A stretch of 64,000 nucleotides of DNA from an uncultured Verrucomicrobiae bacterium (lineage in GTDB: Bacteria; Chlamydiota; Chlamydiia; Chlamydiales; Rhabdochlamydiaceae), in contig CAWDYW010000001.1 of NCBI GenBank assembly GCA_963806855.1, forward strand, positions 352,001-416,000, written 5' to 3'. Every line of letters starts with the position of its first letter. The first letter of the stretch is position 1. Under the pieces are notes generated by a model, which saw only the letters and a program-made list of their open reading frames with translations, ran no database searches and was not told where the DNA came from. Below are positions 60,167 through 64,000 of the stretch, piece by piece. The position numbers and the translations under genes were made by a program.

Positions 60167-62323
60167 ATGAATATTGAATTTGTGAATTATGGTTTAAGAA
60201 TGTTGTGTGATAATGCGCAGAATAGTTGCGCATTTATAAGCAAATTTACACATTTAAAAGATTTCGATTATCGCTCTACCTCGGGAATAGTCGTAGCATC
60301 AATGACAATAGGTACTCTTTATATTGCTTGGAGATGGAGAACAGAGAATTTAACAGAAGATCCATCAGTTTCCTTTGTTAGAAAAACTGTTAAGTTTGCA
60401 GCGAATTTGGGGTTCACTAGATTCCAGAATCGTTACGGTGTCATGCTTGATAGAGGAGAGGGAGGCCCAAAAGACTTAGAGGAAGCGAGAAGGTATTTCA
60501 AATTAGCTGCATATCAAGGACACGTTAATGCTCAATATAATTATGGTATAATGCTTCATGAAGGACTGGGCGGTCCAAAAGACTTAGAGGAAGCGAGAAG
60601 GTATTTCAAATTAGCAGCGGATCAAGGACGGGCTGAAGCTCAATATAATTATGGTGTGATGCTTAATAATGGAGAGGGAGGCCAAAAAGACTCAGAAGAA
60701 GCGAGAGAGTTTTTCAAAAAGGCAGGGGATCAAGGACACACTGAAGCTCAATATAATTATGGTATAATGCTTGATAAAGGTGAGGGCGGTCCAAAAGATT
60801 TAGAAGAGGCGAGAAAATATTTCAATCTAGCGGCGGACAAAGGACACACTAGAGCTCAAGATGATTATGGTCTTAGGCTTTTCAATGGAGTGGGCGGCCC
60901 CAAAGACTTAGAAGAGGCGAGAAGGTATTTCAAATTAGCAGCGGATCAAGGGCGCGCTAGAGCTCAATTGGGTTATGCTGATATGCTCTGCAACGGAGTG
61001 GGTGGTCCAATTGATTTAGAAGAGGCGAGAAAGTATTTCAAATTAGCAGCGGATCAAGGACTCGTTGGGGCTCAATATAATTATGGTGTAATGCTTAATC
61101 ATGGAGATGGAGGCCCAAAAAACTTAGAAGAAGAGAGAAAGTATTTCAAACTAGCAGCGGATCAAGGAAATGCTGTAGCGCAGTTTCGTTATGCCCAAAT
61201 GCTCTGCCGTGGAGAGGGAGGCTCAAAAAACTTAGAGGAAGCGAGAAAGTATTACAAATTAGCAGCGGATCAAGGACACGTTAATGCTCAACATAATTAT
61301 GGAGTAATGCTTGAAAATGGAGATGGAGGCCCAGAAGACTTAGAAGAGGCAAGAAAGTATTACAAATTAGCTGCAGATCAAGGACACGTTAATGCTCAGT
61401 ATGATTATGGTCTTATGCTCTACAATGGAGAGGGAGGTCCCAAAGATTTAGAAGCAGCGAGAAAATACTTCAAAAAGGCAGCGGATCAAGGACATGCCGG
61501 TGCTCAATATAATTATGGTATAATGCTTCATGAAGGACTGGGCGGTCCAAAAGATTTAGAAGAGGCGAGAAAGTATTTCAAATTAGCAGCGGATCAAGGA
61601 ATGGCTGATGCTCAATATAATTATGGTGTGATGCTTAATAGTGGAGATGGAGGCCCAGAAGACTTCGAGGGAGCGAGAAAGTATTTCAAACTAGCAGCGG
61701 ATCAAGGGCACACTGGGGCTCAAGATGTGTATGGTCGTATGCTCTTCCATGGGAAGGGTGGTCCAAAAGACTTAGAAGAAGCGAGAAAGTATTTCAAACT
61801 TGCAGCGGATCAAGGAGATACCCAAGCTCAGTGTAAATATGGTTTAATGCTTGCTAATGGAGAGGGGGGCCCAAAAGATTTAGAGGAGGCAAGAAAGTAT
61901 TACAAATTAGCAGCAGATAAAGGAAACGCTAAAGCACAATATCGGTATGCTCAAATGCTCTTCTATTGTGAGGGAGGTCCAAAAGACTCAAAAGAAGCTA
62001 GAAAGTATATCAAGCTCGTGGCGGATCAAGGAAAGGCTGGAGCTCAGTATGATTATGGTCGAATGCTCTTCCATGGGAAGGGTGGCCCCAAAGACTTAGA
62101 AGAGGCGAGAAGGTATTTCAAATTAGCAGCGAATCAAGGACATGCCGGTGCTCAATATAATTATGGAGTGATGCTTGATAATGGAAAGGGTGGTCCAAGA
62201 GACTTAGAAGAAGCAGTGGAATACTATCAATTAGCAGTTAAGCAAGGAAATGGGGAAGCTTTTTATATGTTGCTGCATCACCGCCCAGACCTTGTTCTTG
62301 CGAAAACCAGCCCTTATTTATAG
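60167..62323 (+). CDS. Sel1-like repeat protein, 17 tandem 36-aa repeats
   Basis: Repeat AQxxYGxMLxxGxGGPKDLEEARKYFKLAADQG at a 108-bp period. Confidence 0.95.
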   Translation: MNIEFVNYGLRMLCDNAQNSCAFISKFTHLKDFDYRSTSGIVVASMTIGTLYIAWRWRTENLTEDPSVSFVRKTVKFAANLGFTRFQNRYGVMLDRGEGGPKDLEEARRYFKLAAYQGHVNAQYNYGIMLHEGLGGPKDLEEARRYFKLAADQGRAEAQYNYGVMLNNGEGGQKDSEEAREFFKKAGDQGHTEAQYNYGIMLDKGEGGPKDLEEARKYFNLAADKGHTRAQDDYGLRLFNGVGGPKDLEEARRYFKLAADQGRARAQLGYADMLCNGVGGPIDLEEARKYFKLAADQGLVGAQYNYGVMLNHGDGGPKNLEEERKYFKLAADQGNAVAQFRYAQMLCRGEGGSKNLEEARKYYKLAADQGHVNAQHNYGVMLENGDGGPEDLEEARKYYKLAADQGHVNAQYDYGLMLYNGEGGPKDLEAARKYFKKAADQGHAGAQYNYGIMLHEGLGGPKDLEEARKYFKLAADQGMADAQYNYGVMLNSGDGGPEDFEGARKYFKLAADQGHTGAQDVYGRMLFHGKGGPKDLEEARKYFKLAADQGDTQAQCKYGLMLANGEGGPKDLEEARKYYKLAADKGNAKAQYRYAQMLFYCEGGPKDSKEARKYIKLVADQGKAGAQYDYGRMLFHGKGGPKDLEEARRYFKLAANQGHAGAQYNYGVMLDNGKGGPRDLEEAVEYYQLAVKQGNGEAFYMLLHHRPDLVLAKTSPYL

Positions 62324-62395
62324 ACGACAGCATTATACCCGATCGGGTATGTCATATCCTAATCTGCAAAGTCCATAATGGTCGCAACACGGCAC

Positions 62396-62504
62396 AATGA
62401 TGTGAACGATACAATGATACGAATGATAAAAAAATCTATCATTCCTATCGTTACATCGCTCTAATCGTTTTTTTGCGTCTTGGCGCCTTTGCGTCTTTGC
62501 GTTC
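62396..62504. repeat. Mirror-symmetric AAYGAT repeat hairpin plus 8-mer tandem repeat
   Basis: Four AAYGAT copies, then four inverted ATCRYT copies, each set with 9/8/9 spacing; TTGCGTCT-like x4 at 62473-62504. Confidence 0.65.
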
Positions 62505-62507
62505 TCC

Positions 62508-63344
62508 CTATACCCCAAACGAATGCAAGATCTGGTCGATGGTCTGGATCCAGCTGACCGCCTGATTGCCCATCTGTTGTATGATGAAGAACCAGCCGGC
62601 CCAGAGTAGGAAGAGGCCGAGGAGCGACTTGAGCGCCATCCCGAGGAAGACGATCTGCACTTGGGGCGCTAGGCGGTTGGCGATGCCGAGGAACATCTCG
62701 GCCATGAGGATGGCGATCAGGGATGGGGCGGCGATTTGGACTGAGATGGCCAAGATGCGAGTGAGCAGGCCCATGATGGTCTTCCAGAAGGGGAGCGAGA
62801 GGTTGAAAAAGGCGGCGGGGATCATTTTGTCGACCGGGATGATCTTGAACGACTCGCTGACAGCGTCTAGGAAGAGGAAGGGGCCGCCGATGTTGAAGAA
62901 GACGACAATCATCACGTAGTTGAACATTACCCCGATGGTGGAGGTTTCGGCCTGCATGGTGGGGTCTTGCACTTGCAGGGAGGAGGAGCCCCTCTGGAAA
63001 TCGATGTAGGCGCCGGCCCCTTGGGCGATATAGAAAGGGATCGAGGCGAAGAAGGCGAGGATAAATCCCATCAGGAGCTCTTTGACGCTGAAGGCGACGA
63101 AAGAGAGGTCGTAAGCGAAGGTGGTGGTCGATGTTTGGATCAGCTGCGGGATGAAGATGACTGTGAGCATGAGCGCGAGCCCCATCTTGACCCCGCCAGG
63201 CAATTTCGAGCCGAGGAAGGGGGCGATTGAAACGATGGGGGCGATACGAAAGAGGCCTAGGAAAAGGACCGACAGCAAACCCTCGGCGGTCAGGCCCGGT
63301 TTGTTGAAAAAGAGGCTGATGTAATCGTCAGTGGGCGAGCCCAT
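62508..63344 (-). CDS. sctT: Type III secretion export apparatus SctT
   Basis: APFLG, KELLMG, IDFQRG and ANRLAPQVQ motifs. Confidence 0.93.
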   Translation of the reverse strand: MGSPTDDYISLFFNKPGLTAEGLLSVLFLGLFRIAPIVSIAPFLGSKLPGGVKMGLALMLTVIFIPQLIQTSTTTFAYDLSFVAFSVKELLMGFILAFFASIPFYIAQGAGAYIDFQRGSSSLQVQDPTMQAETSTIGVMFNYVMIVVFFNIGGPFLFLDAVSESFKIIPVDKMIPAAFFNLSLPFWKTIMGLLTRILAISVQIAAPSLIAILMAEMFLGIANRLAPQVQIVFLGMALKSLLGLFLLWAGWFFIIQQMGNQAVSWIQTIDQILHSFGV

Positions 63345-63345
63345 T

Positions 63346-63615
63346 TTAAGTCATGGTCCATTTGGGGAAATTGGTAAAAATATTGCTGGCAAACTGATAA
63401 ATCTGAGCACCGAGCCAGCCACCCAGCCAAATCAGGGTCAATATGACAGCGAAGAGCTTGACCATGAAGGAGAGGGTCTGTTCTTGGATCTGGGTGGCCG
63501 CTTGGAAGACGGCGACAAAGAGGCCAAGGAGGGTGCTGATCAAAATCGGCGGCCCCGAGAGGATCAAAATCAAGAGCAGAGCCTGATAGGCAAGCTGATA
63601 GAGTTCATTATTCAT
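63346..63615 (-). CDS. sctS: Type III secretion export apparatus SctS
   Basis: FQAATQIQEQTLSF.VKL. Confidence 0.94.
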   Translation of the reverse strand: MNNELYQLAYQALLLILILSGPPILISTLLGLFVAVFQAATQIQEQTLSFMVKLFAVILTLIWLGGWLGAQIYQFASNIFTNFPKWTMT

Positions 63616-63623
63616 CTACATCC

Positions 63624-64000
63624 TCACGATCTAAACGACATGGTTAGCCCTTGAATAATCACCGTCCAACCATCGACCATCACAAGCAAGAGCAATTTCA
63701 GCGGCAAGGCGATGGTCAGCGGTGAGAGCATCATCATCCCCATGGCGAGCAAGATGTTCGAGGTGACCATGTCGATCACGAAAAAGGGCAGGTAGATCAA
63801 AACGCCGATTTCAAAGGCCGATTTGAGCTGCGAGGTAATGAAGGCCGGAATCAGGACGATGAAGTTGTTGGGTTTAAGGGTAGCCCGGTATTCTTCGGGG
63901 AAAGTACGGTAAGCAAGCTGGTAGAACGAGGTCATGTTCTTCTGCACCGTATTGCGCTGCAAGAAGTCTCTGAGGGGCTCTTTCGCTTTGTCGGCAACGT
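63624..64000 (-). CDS. sctR: Type III secretion export apparatus SctR (5' part outside the window)
   Basis: PAFITSQLKSAFEIG..IYLPFFVID..LAMGMMML.P..LPLKLLL.VDGW. Confidence 0.94.
   Translation of the reverse strand, partial: VADKAKEPLRDFLQRNTVQKNMTSFYQLAYRTFPEEYRATLKPNNFIVLIPAFITSQLKSAFEIGVLIYLPFFVIDMVTSNILLAMGMMMLSPLTIALPLKLLLLVMVDGWTVIIQGLTMSFRS

Noticed and set aside
60400..62250. 108-bp periodic DNA repeat as a CRISPR array or DGR
   Set aside because: It is an in-frame Sel1 coding repeat. No reverse transcriptase or template repeat is seen.

Overview
This window looks like the chromosome of an environmental member of the phylum Chlamydiae. That is an inference from the sctR-sctS-sctT order, mcsA-mcsB, a TyrP-family transporter and several eukaryote-like repeat or effector genes. 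It opens with the 3' part of a tRNA (probably Glu) and a tRNA-Lys(UUU), into which a ~10.3 kb decaying island has integrated, bounded by 56-bp att repeats at 73-128 and 10406-10461. The island carries a tyrosine integrase, a YhcG/DUF1016 nuclease, an excisionase-like protein, a frameshifted replication ATPase with an iteron-like cluster, and an uncharacterised paralog pair plus an HGGxSTG-type protein, a satellite/PICI-like layout. An eroded second copy of the island right end at ~17.1-17.25 kb suggests an older tandem island carrying a large OTU-protease-like effector. A long accessory region follows: P450-TetR, an IS1202/ISNCY-type IS with a 16-bp TSD, MerR, an F-box pseudogene, a three-gene split LigD, two TA-like pairs and palindromic elements. 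These are interleaved with core genes (ispD, mcsAB, ppsA, dacB, rfbCDB, kdsB, sufBCDS, sctRST) and with ankyrin and Sel1 repeat genes. All calls come from motif reading by eye; no searches were run.
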